Of a DNA stretch of 63,947 bases, positions 9,703-18,637 are shown piece after piece. The translations under genes and the position numbers were made by a program. The notes below the pieces were generated by a model. It was not told the DNA's origin, did not search any database, and saw only the letters and a list, made by a program, of their open reading frames with translations. The DNA lies in assembly GCA_963932905.1 (NCBI GenBank), contig CAWVRN010000028.1, positions 1-63,947 on the forward strand, given 5' to 3'. Each line of letters begins with the position of its first letter. Positions within the stretch are counted from its first letter, which is position 1. The DNA is from an uncultured Bdellovibrio sp. GTDB lineage: Bacteria > Bdellovibrionota > Bdellovibrionia > Bdellovibrionales > Bdellovibrionaceae.

Positions 9703-10359
9703 ATGGCCAAAAAAACCGTAAAAAAACAGCCACTTAAAGCCATGGCGAAAGCCACAGCTAAAACAGTAGCAAAGACAGTAGCTAAAGCCGCAAAGAAAAT
9801 AGTCAAAAAGGTGAGTGAGACCGCTAAGGCAAAACCTGCCAAAGCTGCACCGAAAAAAGAGGAAAAGGTAGCTAAGGTGAAAGCTACTCCTGTTGCTAAG
9901 AAAGTCGAAGAAGTTAAAGTTCCTGAAAAGAAAGCAAAGGCTTCCATAGCGACCACTGAAAAAGCTAAGCCAGTTCCCGCTACTAAAGCTAAAACGAAAG
10001 CCGTTAAGCCGGTTGAGGTTGAAGAAGAGCAAGAGGCCGATGCTGACGTAGAAGTGGAAATTACTGAGGAAGTAGAGGCGGCAGCACCCGTTAAACCTGA
10101 GAAACCGAAAAAGAAAACGGCGGCTCAGAAAAAGAAAGAAAAGCTTGAAATTGATGCTAATGTTAAATGGGGCGATTTATATGAGAAATATAAACAGCTA
10201 AAACCAGTTAACTACAGCATGAAAGACGCTTTTGAGGCTAATCAGCCGATCCAGCATAAAATTTTAGGTTGGGGCTGGGTAATCTCTTCGGAAAATGATC
10301 GCCTAGAAGTATTGTTTAAAGACGGCAAGAAAATCTTAATCAGTAACTACAAATCATAG
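9703..10359 (+). CDS. Histone-H1-like Lys/Ala-rich protein with an acidic linker and a small C-terminal beta domain
   Basis: AGGAGG at 9688-9693 supports ATG 9703. AKT/AKK-rich N-terminus, acidic EEEQEADADVE tract, C-terminal QHKILGWGWV...LEVLFKDGKKIL. Confidence 0.82.
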   Translation: MAKKTVKKQPLKAMAKATAKTVAKTVAKAAKKIVKKVSETAKAKPAKAAPKKEEKVAKVKATPVAKKVEEVKVPEKKAKASIATTEKAKPVPATKAKTKAVKPVEVEEEQEADADVEVEITEEVEAAAPVKPEKPKKKTAAQKKKEKLEIDANVKWGDLYEKYKQLKPVNYSMKDAFEANQPIQHKILGWGWVISSENDRLEVLFKDGKKILISNYKS

Positions 10360-10437
10360 GCAATTGGCTCGGTTTTTGGGCATCTAACAGTAAAAAGTTA
10401 GTTGCCAAACTGCGGGAACTCTCCTAAAAATAAGTAA

Positions 10438-10656
10438 ATGGCGAAAGACGATTTAGCGCAAGTAGATGGTAAAGTTGTTGATGCTCTAGCAGGGGGCATC
10501 TACAAGATTTTATTGGACAATAATGTGGAAATTTCCGCGAAATTGTGCGGAAAAATGCGACGATTCAACATCCGAGTTGTCGTCGGTGATCGCGTCACAG
10601 TTGGCGTGTCTCCTTATGATCCTTCTCACGGCCTCATCATGTATCGACATAAATAA
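10438..10656 (+). CDS. infA: Translation initiation factor IF-1
   Basis: MAKDDLAQVDGKV...GKMRRFNIRVVVGDRVTVGVSPYD; 72 aa. Confidence 0.97.
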   Translation: MAKDDLAQVDGKVVDALAGGIYKILLDNNVEISAKLCGKMRRFNIRVVVGDRVTVGVSPYDPSHGLIMYRHK

Positions 10657-10690
10657 TTTTAAAAATCGTATTTTTTATCGTAGGTGACTC

Positions 10691-13072
10691 ATGGAACAGA
10701 CCCTTCAGCTTTATTTTTCTAAATTTCATCCCGGACTTAGTATTAAATCGATTCAGGCCGTACTCGAACTGTCTGCCGAAGGTGGTACGGTTCCGTTTAT
10801 CGCTCGTTATCGGAAGGAAAAAACTGGTAATTTAGATGAAGTTCAAATCCGTGCGATTGTTGAAGGAAATGAAACTTTCCAGGAAATCGTCAAAAGAAAA
10901 GCGTTTTTAATCAAAGAAATCGCTGAGCAAAACAACCTAACTGACGAGATCAAAAAACGTATCGAGTTGTCGTGGGATCTTGGTGAATTAGAAGAGATCT
11001 ACCGCCCGTTCAAAAAGAAAAAGAAAACCAAAGCTACGATCGCTCGCGAAGCTGGCTTGGATGGTTTAGCTCAGTGGATGTGGGATTTGAGTCATGGTAA
11101 AATTAAAGACGACATGACGATGGAGATGAAAGCTAAGCAGTTCCTCAATCCGACTCACAAAATTCAAACTTATGAAGAAGCTCTTAAGGGCGCTCAGGAT
11201 ATCTTGGTGGAGAAAATTGCCAATGATGCTGATTTGCGCGCTAAAGTTCAAAAAGATTACATGGACAACGGTAAAGTGGGTTCTAAAGCGGCGAAAGGCT
11301 TTAAACCTAACTCTAAGTATGACATGTATAAAGAATTTGAAGAGCCAGTTAAGAGCTTGATGGAAACAAAGAGTTCACATCGTTATATGGCGATGAGACG
11401 TGGGTGGCAGGAAGAGGAGCTTTCTCTGAATATTTCTGCGAATGATGAGGCGTTGTTAAAACTCTATGTTCAGTTCGCAACAGTAAATCCAGACAATCAA
11501 ATCGGCGATTTCTTAGCAAATTGTGCGAAAGTGGCCTTGAATGTTTACGTTCTTCCGTCTGTTACGAATGAAGTTCATCGTTTATTGAAAGATAAATCTG
11601 ATTTAGATGGTATCAAAGTTTTCACTGAAAACGTAAGAAAGCTATTATTAGCCTCTCCATTTGGTTCTAAGTGTGTATTGGGTATCGATCCTGGTTTACG
11701 TACGGGTTGTAAAGTAGCCTTGATTGATAAAGGTGGAAATTTTATTTCTCACACAGTGATGCAAATTTTAGGGGATGATGCCGAGGCCAAAGCGAAGAAA
11801 TTATTCTCGGAAGTTCTGAAGCAAATTCAAATCGATGCAGTGGCCGTTGGTAACGGAACAGCTGGTCGTCAAACGGAAACGTTTGTTAGAAAAGTATTAA
11901 AAGATTTAGGTAAAAATATTCCGGTAGTTTTGGTGAACGAGTCGGGTGCCTCTGTATACTCGGCATCTGAAGTCGCTCGCCAAGAGTTTCCGGATTTAGA
12001 TTTAACAGTAAAAGGCGCGATCAGTATTGCTCGTCGTCTGCAAGATCCGTTAGCGGAGCTTGTAAAAGTAGATCCAAAATCAATCGGTGTGGGTCAATAC
12101 CAGCATGACGTAAATCAATCTCAGTTGAAAAAATCTTTAGATAGCGTTGTTGAATCGTGCGTGAATGCTGTGGGCGTGGACGTGAATACGGCGTCAGCGT
12201 CGTTGTTGTCGCATGTTTCTGGTATAGGTCCATCATTAGCGCAAAATATTGTTGAACATAGAAAAACAAAGGGCTTGTTCACTGAACGTAGCGAGATTTT
12301 AAAAGTAGCGAAGTTCAGCACTAAAGTGTTTGAGCAAGCCGCGGGTTTCTTAAGAATCCAAGCGGGTAAAGTATTCTTGGATTCGACAGGTATCCATCCA
12401 GAGCGTTATGCGGCCGTTAAAGATATGGCGCAAGACTTAGGCTTACCAATTAATGATTTGGTTGGTGAGGGTGCTAAAAAACTTCTTGAGCATAGAACAA
12501 AATGGGCCAAGTTAGTGGGTGAGTTTACGTTTGATGATATTTATAAAGAGTTGGAAAAACCTGGCCGCGATCCTCGTGATCCGTTTAAAGTGTTCCAGTT
12601 CCGAGATGATATTTTCGAAGTAAAAGATTTAAAAGAGGGTTACATCTGCCCGGGTATCGTTACGAACGTAACTAATTTTGGTGCTTTTGTTGATATCGGC
12701 GTTCACCAAGATGGATTGGTTCATATTTCTGAGTTATCTCATAAATTCGTGGAAGATCCTCGTAAAGTGGTGAATCCCGGTGATCAAGTTCAAGTGATGG
12801 TGATCAAAGTTGACAAAGATAAAAATCAAATTGCTTTAAGTATGAAACTAGAGGCAGCTCCAGCAGAGGAAAGCAAGCGTGAAGCGCGGCCTCCTCGCCA
12901 AGACAACAGCCGTAGAGAAACGGGAGCGGGACCTAAATCGTTCCAAAAACCGGCTCATGGGTCGCAAGGTGGCGATAGAAATAGAAAAGACGGTGGTGGA
13001 GGAAACTTCCAAAAACCAGCGCAAAAACCATTTAATAACCCATTTGCTAATTTAGCGAACTTAAAAAAATAA
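10691..13072 (+). CDS. tex: Tex/YhgF transcription accessory protein
   Basis: TVPFIARYRKEKTG, GIDPGLRTGCK, ESGASVYSAS, IARRLQDPLAELVK and a C-terminal S1 domain (NFGAFVDIGVHQDGLVHIS). Confidence 0.96.
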   Translation: MEQTLQLYFSKFHPGLSIKSIQAVLELSAEGGTVPFIARYRKEKTGNLDEVQIRAIVEGNETFQEIVKRKAFLIKEIAEQNNLTDEIKKRIELSWDLGELEEIYRPFKKKKKTKATIAREAGLDGLAQWMWDLSHGKIKDDMTMEMKAKQFLNPTHKIQTYEEALKGAQDILVEKIANDADLRAKVQKDYMDNGKVGSKAAKGFKPNSKYDMYKEFEEPVKSLMETKSSHRYMAMRRGWQEEELSLNISANDEALLKLYVQFATVNPDNQIGDFLANCAKVALNVYVLPSVTNEVHRLLKDKSDLDGIKVFTENVRKLLLASPFGSKCVLGIDPGLRTGCKVALIDKGGNFISHTVMQILGDDAEAKAKKLFSEVLKQIQIDAVAVGNGTAGRQTETFVRKVLKDLGKNIPVVLVNESGASVYSASEVARQEFPDLDLTVKGAISIARRLQDPLAELVKVDPKSIGVGQYQHDVNQSQLKKSLDSVVESCVNAVGVDVNTASASLLSHVSGIGPSLAQNIVEHRKTKGLFTERSEILKVAKFSTKVFEQAAGFLRIQAGKVFLDSTGIHPERYAAVKDMAQDLGLPINDLVGEGAKKLLEHRTKWAKLVGEFTFDDIYKELEKPGRDPRDPFKVFQFRDDIFEVKDLKEGYICPGIVTNVTNFGAFVDIGVHQDGLVHISELSHKFVEDPRKVVNPGDQVQVMVIKVDKDKNQIALSMKLEAAPAEESKREARPPRQDNSRRETGAGPKSFQKPAHGSQGGDRNRKDGGGGNFQKPAQKPFNNPFANLANLKK

Positions 13073-13086
13073 CGTAGGAGAATACA

Positions 13087-13194
13087 ATGATCACAAAAAT
13101 TTCATCTAAGAAAAAAAGAAACAAAAGCTCACGCCACAAAGCGAAGCGCATAACTAAGAAAAAGAAAATGATCGGTCGCAAACAAAAGAAATAA
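13087..13194 (+). CDS. Unannotated 35-aa highly basic protein
   Basis: AGGAG RBS at 13076-13080, ATG 6 nt later; translation MITKISSKKKRNKSSRHKAKRITKKKKMIGRKQKK; lies between the tex stop and the terminator. Confidence 0.7.
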   Translation: MITKISSKKKRNKSSRHKAKRITKKKKMIGRKQKK

Positions 13195-13222
13195 TTTCTA
13201 GTTTGTAGATATGGATTTTATG

Positions 13223-13254
13223 AAAAGCCACGAGGAAACTTGTGGCTTTTTTTT
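13223..13254 (+). terminator. Rho-independent terminator after tex and the small ORF
   Basis: AAAAGCCACGAG-GAAA-CTTGTGGC followed by T8. Confidence 0.9.
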
Positions 13255-13343
13255 GCTCTGGAATAGTCAACTTGTTGCCAAGTTTTCTGTTTGGCCGACG
13301 ATATCGCAGTTTTTGGACGATTTGAGGTGCTTTCCCCGTAGGT

Positions 13344-14135
13344 TCAGTTGCCAAGTTGAATAATTTTTTCTGTTAACTCTTGGAAGCCTTTTCCGGCAGG
13401 CTGTTGAGTGATGTATTTGGGTTGGAATTTCAGAGTAGGTAGGTAGGGCTCGATGTTGCGAACGCCCACTCCATTTTCAAAATAAGAAAATAAAGGTTCG
13501 TCATTTGGCGAATCACCTGCGTAAACGCATGAGGATTGAATTTGCTCTTCTGTGAGGCCAAATTCATTCGAAAGGATAAATTTTGCTGTGGTGAGTTTGT
13601 CGTACGTTCCAAACCACCCATTGACATGGATGCTGCTGAGTTTGGCTTGGGCACCATGTTTTTCGAAAATAGAAATAATTTTTGCGGTTTGTTCTTTAGT
13701 TAACGGTGGAATGTCTTCGCAGATATCGACTGCCAGATCAAACATACGGCAAAACTGATCAGAAGAAATTTTGCTTTCTGGGATAGTCTTCAGGATTTCA
13801 TTTTTTATGATGTCTAGTTTTGCCGTGTTGGTTTCAATTAACTCTGGAGAGGACGCAAAAAAACGTCGCATATTTTTGTTTGTGTAACGAAAGAAAAATG
13901 CACCGTTTTCGCCAATGACCCCGTCTATAGGCCAGGTACGGGCCATCATTTCGCACCAACCCGCTGGGCGACCAGTAACAATGATAGTTTTGATATCGAA
14001 GTCTTTTAGTTTCCACAACGATGAGTAGCTTTCACTAGGGATGTGCCCATCGGTAGTGATGGTATCGTCTAGATCTGATAGAACAAATTTGATTTTATTT
14101 TTTAGTTCAGCGATTGGTTTTGGACTTGCGGTCAT
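13344..14135 (-). CDS. HAD-IIB family hydrolase
   Basis: Motif I SDLDDTIT, motif II VTGRP, motif IV YAGDSPND. Confidence 0.9.
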   Translation of the reverse strand: MTASPKPIAELKNKIKFVLSDLDDTITTDGHIPSESYSSLWKLKDFDIKTIIVTGRPAGWCEMMARTWPIDGVIGENGAFFFRYTNKNMRRFFASSPELIETNTAKLDIIKNEILKTIPESKISSDQFCRMFDLAVDICEDIPPLTKEQTAKIISIFEKHGAQAKLSSIHVNGWFGTYDKLTTAKFILSNEFGLTEEQIQSSCVYAGDSPNDEPLFSYFENGVGVRNIEPYLPTLKFQPKYITQQPAGKGFQELTEKIIQLGN

Positions 14136-14317
14136 GAATCTATGCTGTGCCTAAAGACAGAAGAGTTCAACGATGTTCGCGACTAGACTAGTCTGTACGG
14201 AAAATTTGCAAACTAATTGGAAGCAAAGGGTCATATTTAAGACTTGCGGTGTTGAGCGTTCGTTTCTATTTTAAGTAGTGGATTTGATTAATTTTTGACA
14301 AAAAGGAATAACGAGAA

Positions 14318-17011
14318 ATGCCCTCTGGAAAAAAGCTCGTAGTAGTTGAGTCGCCGACAAAAGCAAAAACTATTCGTAAGTTTTTGGGCAAAGAATTCAT
14401 CGTGGAATCGTGCATGGGACATATCCGTGACCTTCCTCAATCCGCGAAAGATATTCCCGAAAAATTAAAGAAAGAAAAATGGGCCCAGCTGGGTGTTAAT
14501 GTCGACAAAAATTTCGAACCTTTATATTGCATTCCGAAAGATAAAATCAAAGTAGTTAAAAACCTTAAAGATAAGCTCGAGGAAGTCGACGAAGTTTACC
14601 TAGCGACGGACGAAGACCGCGAAGGAGAAAGTATTTCTTGGCACTTAGTGGAAGTATTGCATCCAAAAGTTCCAACGAAACGAATGGTGTTTAACGAGAT
14701 TACGAAAGAAGCGATCTTAAAATCACTAAAAGACACCCGTGAAATTGATTACAACTTGGTGCGAGCACAAGAGGCTCGACGTGTTCTTGATCGTTTGGTG
14801 GGTTACACAATTTCTCCTTTATTATGGAAGAAAGTGGCGTATGGATTATCGGCAGGTCGCGTTCAGTCCGTGGCTGTTCGTTTGATCGTTGAGCGTGAGC
14901 TTGATCGAATTAAATTTAAAAAGGCCGAATACTGGGGCATTAAAACGGATGTGTTGAAATCCAATGTTCAGTTTGAATCACGTCTATACGAATCAAAAGG
15001 TAAGCGTATAGCGTTAGGTAAAGACTTCGATGGAACCACGGGGCTTTTGATCGGTGATAAAAATACACTTCTTCTTACTAAAGCGGAATCGGAACGCATT
15101 GTTGCCGAAATTAAAACTAAGCCATGGGCCGTTCAAGACGTTGAAGAAAAACCAGTTAATCGTCGTCCCTCCGCGCCGTTTATTACTTCGACATTGCAGC
15201 AGGAATCCAATCGTAAACTAGGTTTATCTTCGCGTGAAACTATGCAGACAGCTCAAAAACTGTACGAGCAAGGTTTCATTACCTATATGAGAACGGATTC
15301 TACATTCTTGTCTCAAGAAGCGATTTCTGCGGCTCGCGCTTGTATCACTAAAAAATACGGCAAAGAGTATTTGCCGGATCAGCCTCGTAATTATGAAGGT
15401 AAAAAAGCCAAGGGTGCTCAAGAGGCCCATGAAGCGATACGTCCAGCGGGACAGCAGTTTGTTGATCCAGATGAAACGGGATTAACAGGCGTTCAGTTGA
15501 AACTTTACGAATTAATCTGGATGCGTACGATGGCATCGCAAATGGTTGATAGCCGTCAGAAACAAGTGGCCGTTAAAATCAAAGCGGGCGATCATGTTTT
15601 CACATCGTCGGGAATGACAATTGAATTCCCGGGCTTCTTGCGCGCTTACGTTGAGGGCAGTGATGACCCGGAAGCTGAATTGTCTGACCGTGAAGTGCGT
15701 TTGCCTGCTTTAAAAGTTGGCGATAGTGTCGAAGCTAAAAATATCGAGTCCACTCAACACGAAACCAAACCACCCGCGCGTTATACTGAGGCGAGTTTAG
15801 TTCAAACTATGGAGAAAGAGGGTATCGGCCGTCCATCTACGTATGCGAGTGTTATTGGTACGATCATTGATCGTGGTTACGTGAAAAAACAAGCGAATGC
15901 TTTATTCCCGACTTTCACTGCCATGGTCGTTTCTAAATTATTGAAAAACTATTTTCCATCCTATGTTGATCTTGGTTTTACGTCGGGCATGGAACAATCT
16001 TTGGATCATATTGCTGAAGGCGAATTGGATTGGGAAAAGTACTTAAAGCAAATCTATTTCGGCAAAACAGGTTTGAAAACTCAAGTCGAAGATCAAGAAG
16101 CGAAAATCGATCCTGATGAGGCTCGTACTTTAAAAATCTTGGGTCTGGATAAATACACATTCCATGTTGGGCGATATGGTGCTTACCTAACCGGACAACG
16201 CAATGGTGAAGAGGTGTCTGCTTCGTTACCAGAGAGCGAATCACCGGCCGATATCACAGCCGAGATGGTTGAGAAATTAATAGATCAAAAAATTAATGGT
16301 GCTGATAGCTTGGGTAAAGATCCAGCGACTGATAAACCTATTTATGTATTGAATGGCCGTTACGGGCCGTATGTTCAGCTAGGTGAAATTTCTGATGAAG
16401 AAGATAAGCCTAAGCGTGCTTCACTACCTCCGGGAATTTTACCCGAGAACGTGACTTTAGAATATGCGATCAATTTATTGAAACTACCTAAAGACTTGGG
16501 AAATCATCCTGAAACAGGAAAGTCTATCAAGGCTGGTTTGGGTCGTTTTGGACCTTATATTGTTCATGAAGGTGACTTTAGATCGATTCCGAAAGGAACG
16601 GATTTATTTTCGATAGATTTGAAAACAGCTCTGGAAATGTTAAGCCAGCCTAAAAAAGGTCGTGGAGCCAACCGTACGCCTCTTAAAATTTTAGGAAAAC
16701 ATCCTGTGACATCTGAAGATATTCAAATTTTCAATGGTCCATATGGTCCGTATTTCAAAGTCGGCAAAGTGAACATGTCACTTCCGGAAGGAAGCACTGT
16801 GGATACTGTGACTTTCGATGATGCTGTGAAAGTTCTTTCTGAGAAGATCAAGGAAGGGGCAGCCGCTAAGAAAGCGAAAAAAATCACGGCTAAGAAAAAG
16901 CCAGCTGAGAAAAAAGCTAAAGCATCGGCGGCTGCGCCAGAGGCAGATTTGAAGGCTAAGGCAAAACCTGCGGAAGCTAAAAAATCGAAAGTAATGTTGA
17001 GAAAGAAATAA
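14318..17011 (+). CDS. topA: DNA topoisomerase I (type IA) with Toprim C-terminal repeats
   Basis: VVVESPTKAKTI, ATDEDREGE, SAGRVQS, active-site ITYMRTD, QEAHEAIRP; repeated GRYGPY motifs; Lys/Ala tail. Confidence 0.97.
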   Translation: MPSGKKLVVVESPTKAKTIRKFLGKEFIVESCMGHIRDLPQSAKDIPEKLKKEKWAQLGVNVDKNFEPLYCIPKDKIKVVKNLKDKLEEVDEVYLATDEDREGESISWHLVEVLHPKVPTKRMVFNEITKEAILKSLKDTREIDYNLVRAQEARRVLDRLVGYTISPLLWKKVAYGLSAGRVQSVAVRLIVERELDRIKFKKAEYWGIKTDVLKSNVQFESRLYESKGKRIALGKDFDGTTGLLIGDKNTLLLTKAESERIVAEIKTKPWAVQDVEEKPVNRRPSAPFITSTLQQESNRKLGLSSRETMQTAQKLYEQGFITYMRTDSTFLSQEAISAARACITKKYGKEYLPDQPRNYEGKKAKGAQEAHEAIRPAGQQFVDPDETGLTGVQLKLYELIWMRTMASQMVDSRQKQVAVKIKAGDHVFTSSGMTIEFPGFLRAYVEGSDDPEAELSDREVRLPALKVGDSVEAKNIESTQHETKPPARYTEASLVQTMEKEGIGRPSTYASVIGTIIDRGYVKKQANALFPTFTAMVVSKLLKNYFPSYVDLGFTSGMEQSLDHIAEGELDWEKYLKQIYFGKTGLKTQVEDQEAKIDPDEARTLKILGLDKYTFHVGRYGAYLTGQRNGEEVSASLPESESPADITAEMVEKLIDQKINGADSLGKDPATDKPIYVLNGRYGPYVQLGEISDEEDKPKRASLPPGILPENVTLEYAINLLKLPKDLGNHPETGKSIKAGLGRFGPYIVHEGDFRSIPKGTDLFSIDLKTALEMLSQPKKGRGANRTPLKILGKHPVTSEDIQIFNGPYGPYFKVGKVNMSLPEGSTVDTVTFDDAVKVLSEKIKEGAAAKKAKKITAKKKPAEKKAKASAAAPEADLKAKAKPAEAKKSKVMLRKK

Positions 17012-17034
17012 AATTTAGAGAGGTATTCAATAAG

Positions 17035-17064
17035 AAAAGCGTCCGAGTAGGACGCTTTTTTTTT
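17035..17064 (+). terminator. Rho-independent terminator of topA
   Basis: AAAAGCGTCC-GAGTA-GGACGC followed by T9. Confidence 0.88.
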
Positions 17065-17122
17065 AGTTTTTCTAGGTCTGCTCGAGGAATAAACAAGCTT
17101 TCAAGTGTGATTCGTAAGCTGG

Positions 17123-17401
17123 CTAAGTACCTTGGCACCAAGTTTTTGGTACGAATACTTTTCTAACTTGTACCGGGCTAGAAGCTGTTAGAATTGGTTT
17201 CTTTTTCATACGAGAATATTGCTGAGCTTTCTTTTCGTTTACCCAGCCAAATTTTTTAGATTTTCTGACCGATTCGTTGAAGAAGCATTGTTTTGTTTTT
17301 TTATCGACCATTAAACGCTTTTGATTAGGCTGTAATGCCCATGCAGAGGACGTCGCTAAAAGGATTGAAAACACCATCGTAGATAACTGTTTGAATTTCA
17401 T
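17123..17401 (-). CDS. Small basic secreted hypothetical protein
   Basis: GAGG RBS before ATG 17401; signal peptide ending SSAWA; two Cys in the mature part. Confidence 0.65.
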   Translation of the reverse strand: MKFKQLSTMVFSILLATSSAWALQPNQKRLMVDKKTKQCFFNESVRKSKKFGWVNEKKAQQYSRMKKKPILTASSPVQVRKVFVPKTWCQGT

Positions 17402-17564
17402 AAATACCTCACACACTGAATAGATTTCAATAAATAGACCATCTGTGATTGGACATTGTTAATCACGTAGTCTTTCAGATCGATTTAAACTGTCTCATAT
17501 CGAGAATTGAATTTTTTTCCTGTAAAGACTTTAGACAGTCTCGCAAATAGGGCCGACAGATAGG

Positions 17565-18482
17565 GTGGCCTATTGTGGGGACGACGTAAAAGTGGTATTA
17601 AAGCGTGCTATGAAGTCCACTCAACTTGAATTTTCTATACAGCGGCCAAAAGAAGAGGACCGCAATTTCCATAAAGGTGGACGCAGTTTTTATTTTTTCG
17701 ACTTCGACGACAATATTGCCTGCTTGACGACACCCTTGATTTTATTCCACAAGTCCACTGGTGCCGAACTATCATTATCGAGTCAGGAGTGGGCGCTGGC
17801 GCATTCTATGATCGGTAAATCGGGCGTGTACCAAGATTATGAAATTCGTTATAGCGATAAAGATGGAACGTTCAAGCATTTCCGCGATCAAGAGATCCAT
17901 GAGCTAGAAAACCTGGGCAGAAAAAACCAAGTTTTTGAAAGTGATGTGGCTCATATTTTGGGACTTTCTGATTTAGAATGGAAGGGGCCTTCATGGGATT
18001 GCTTCTATCATTCGGTCTTTAATCAACGTCCTATATCTATCATTACGGCTCGTGGTCATAGTCCTGAAACAATCAAAAAAGGCATACAACTTTTTGTTGA
18101 TCATGGTTGGTTGAATCAAACTCCAAATTATTTAACGATTTATCCTGTTTCAAACACCAATGTTCGTATTGAACTGGGCGATGTAAGTCAGAAGATGGGA
18201 ACGGCGGAACTTAAGCAGCGCGCGATCAGAAACAGCGTTTTGCAGGCGTTTTCGACTTATGGTTACAGTGATCACCATCGTTTTGGAATGAGTGATGATG
18301 ATCCAAAAAATCTGCAATTAATTATCGAAGAAATGACGGCTTTAAAGAAAGAATTTCCTCGTATTTGTTTTTTTGTTATCGAAACATTTAATAGTCGCTT
18401 CGTGAAACACGAAATTGTCGATTCTAAAATTCATTCTGATTATATAAAAAATTACGAAGAACAGCTTCCGCTGCTGAAGTAA
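17565..18482 (+). CDS. Hypothetical HAD-superfamily phosphatase-like protein
   Basis: FFDFDDNI (DxD motif I), IITARGH (motif II), GMSDDDPKN (motif IV). Start may be ATG 17610. Confidence 0.72.
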   Translation: MAYCGDDVKVVLKRAMKSTQLEFSIQRPKEEDRNFHKGGRSFYFFDFDDNIACLTTPLILFHKSTGAELSLSSQEWALAHSMIGKSGVYQDYEIRYSDKDGTFKHFRDQEIHELENLGRKNQVFESDVAHILGLSDLEWKGPSWDCFYHSVFNQRPISIITARGHSPETIKKGIQLFVDHGWLNQTPNYLTIYPVSNTNVRIELGDVSQKMGTAELKQRAIRNSVLQAFSTYGYSDHHRFGMSDDDPKNLQLIIEEMTALKKEFPRICFFVIETFNSRFVKHEIVDSKIHSDYIKNYEEQLPLLK

Positions 18483-18637
18483 CATAATTTTTCTACTTTT
18501 GATCCACTTAAATCCCCCTGTGTTTTCGCAAACTAAAAAGCCTTACCAAGGACTGTAATCTAATTTAGACTTAACTATGGTAGGGAATAACCGATAAAAT
18601 TACCATATATAGTCTTTTAATCACTAAGGGGAACTCG

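Noticed and set aside
9637..10032. Hydrophobic minus-strand ORFs (131 aa and 103 aa)
   Set aside because: Antisense shadows of the Lys/Ala-rich gene, which has the AGGAGG RBS.
13154..13354. 66-aa minus-strand ORF
   Set aside because: It runs through the terminator and antisense to the small basic ORF, with no RBS or recognisable motif.
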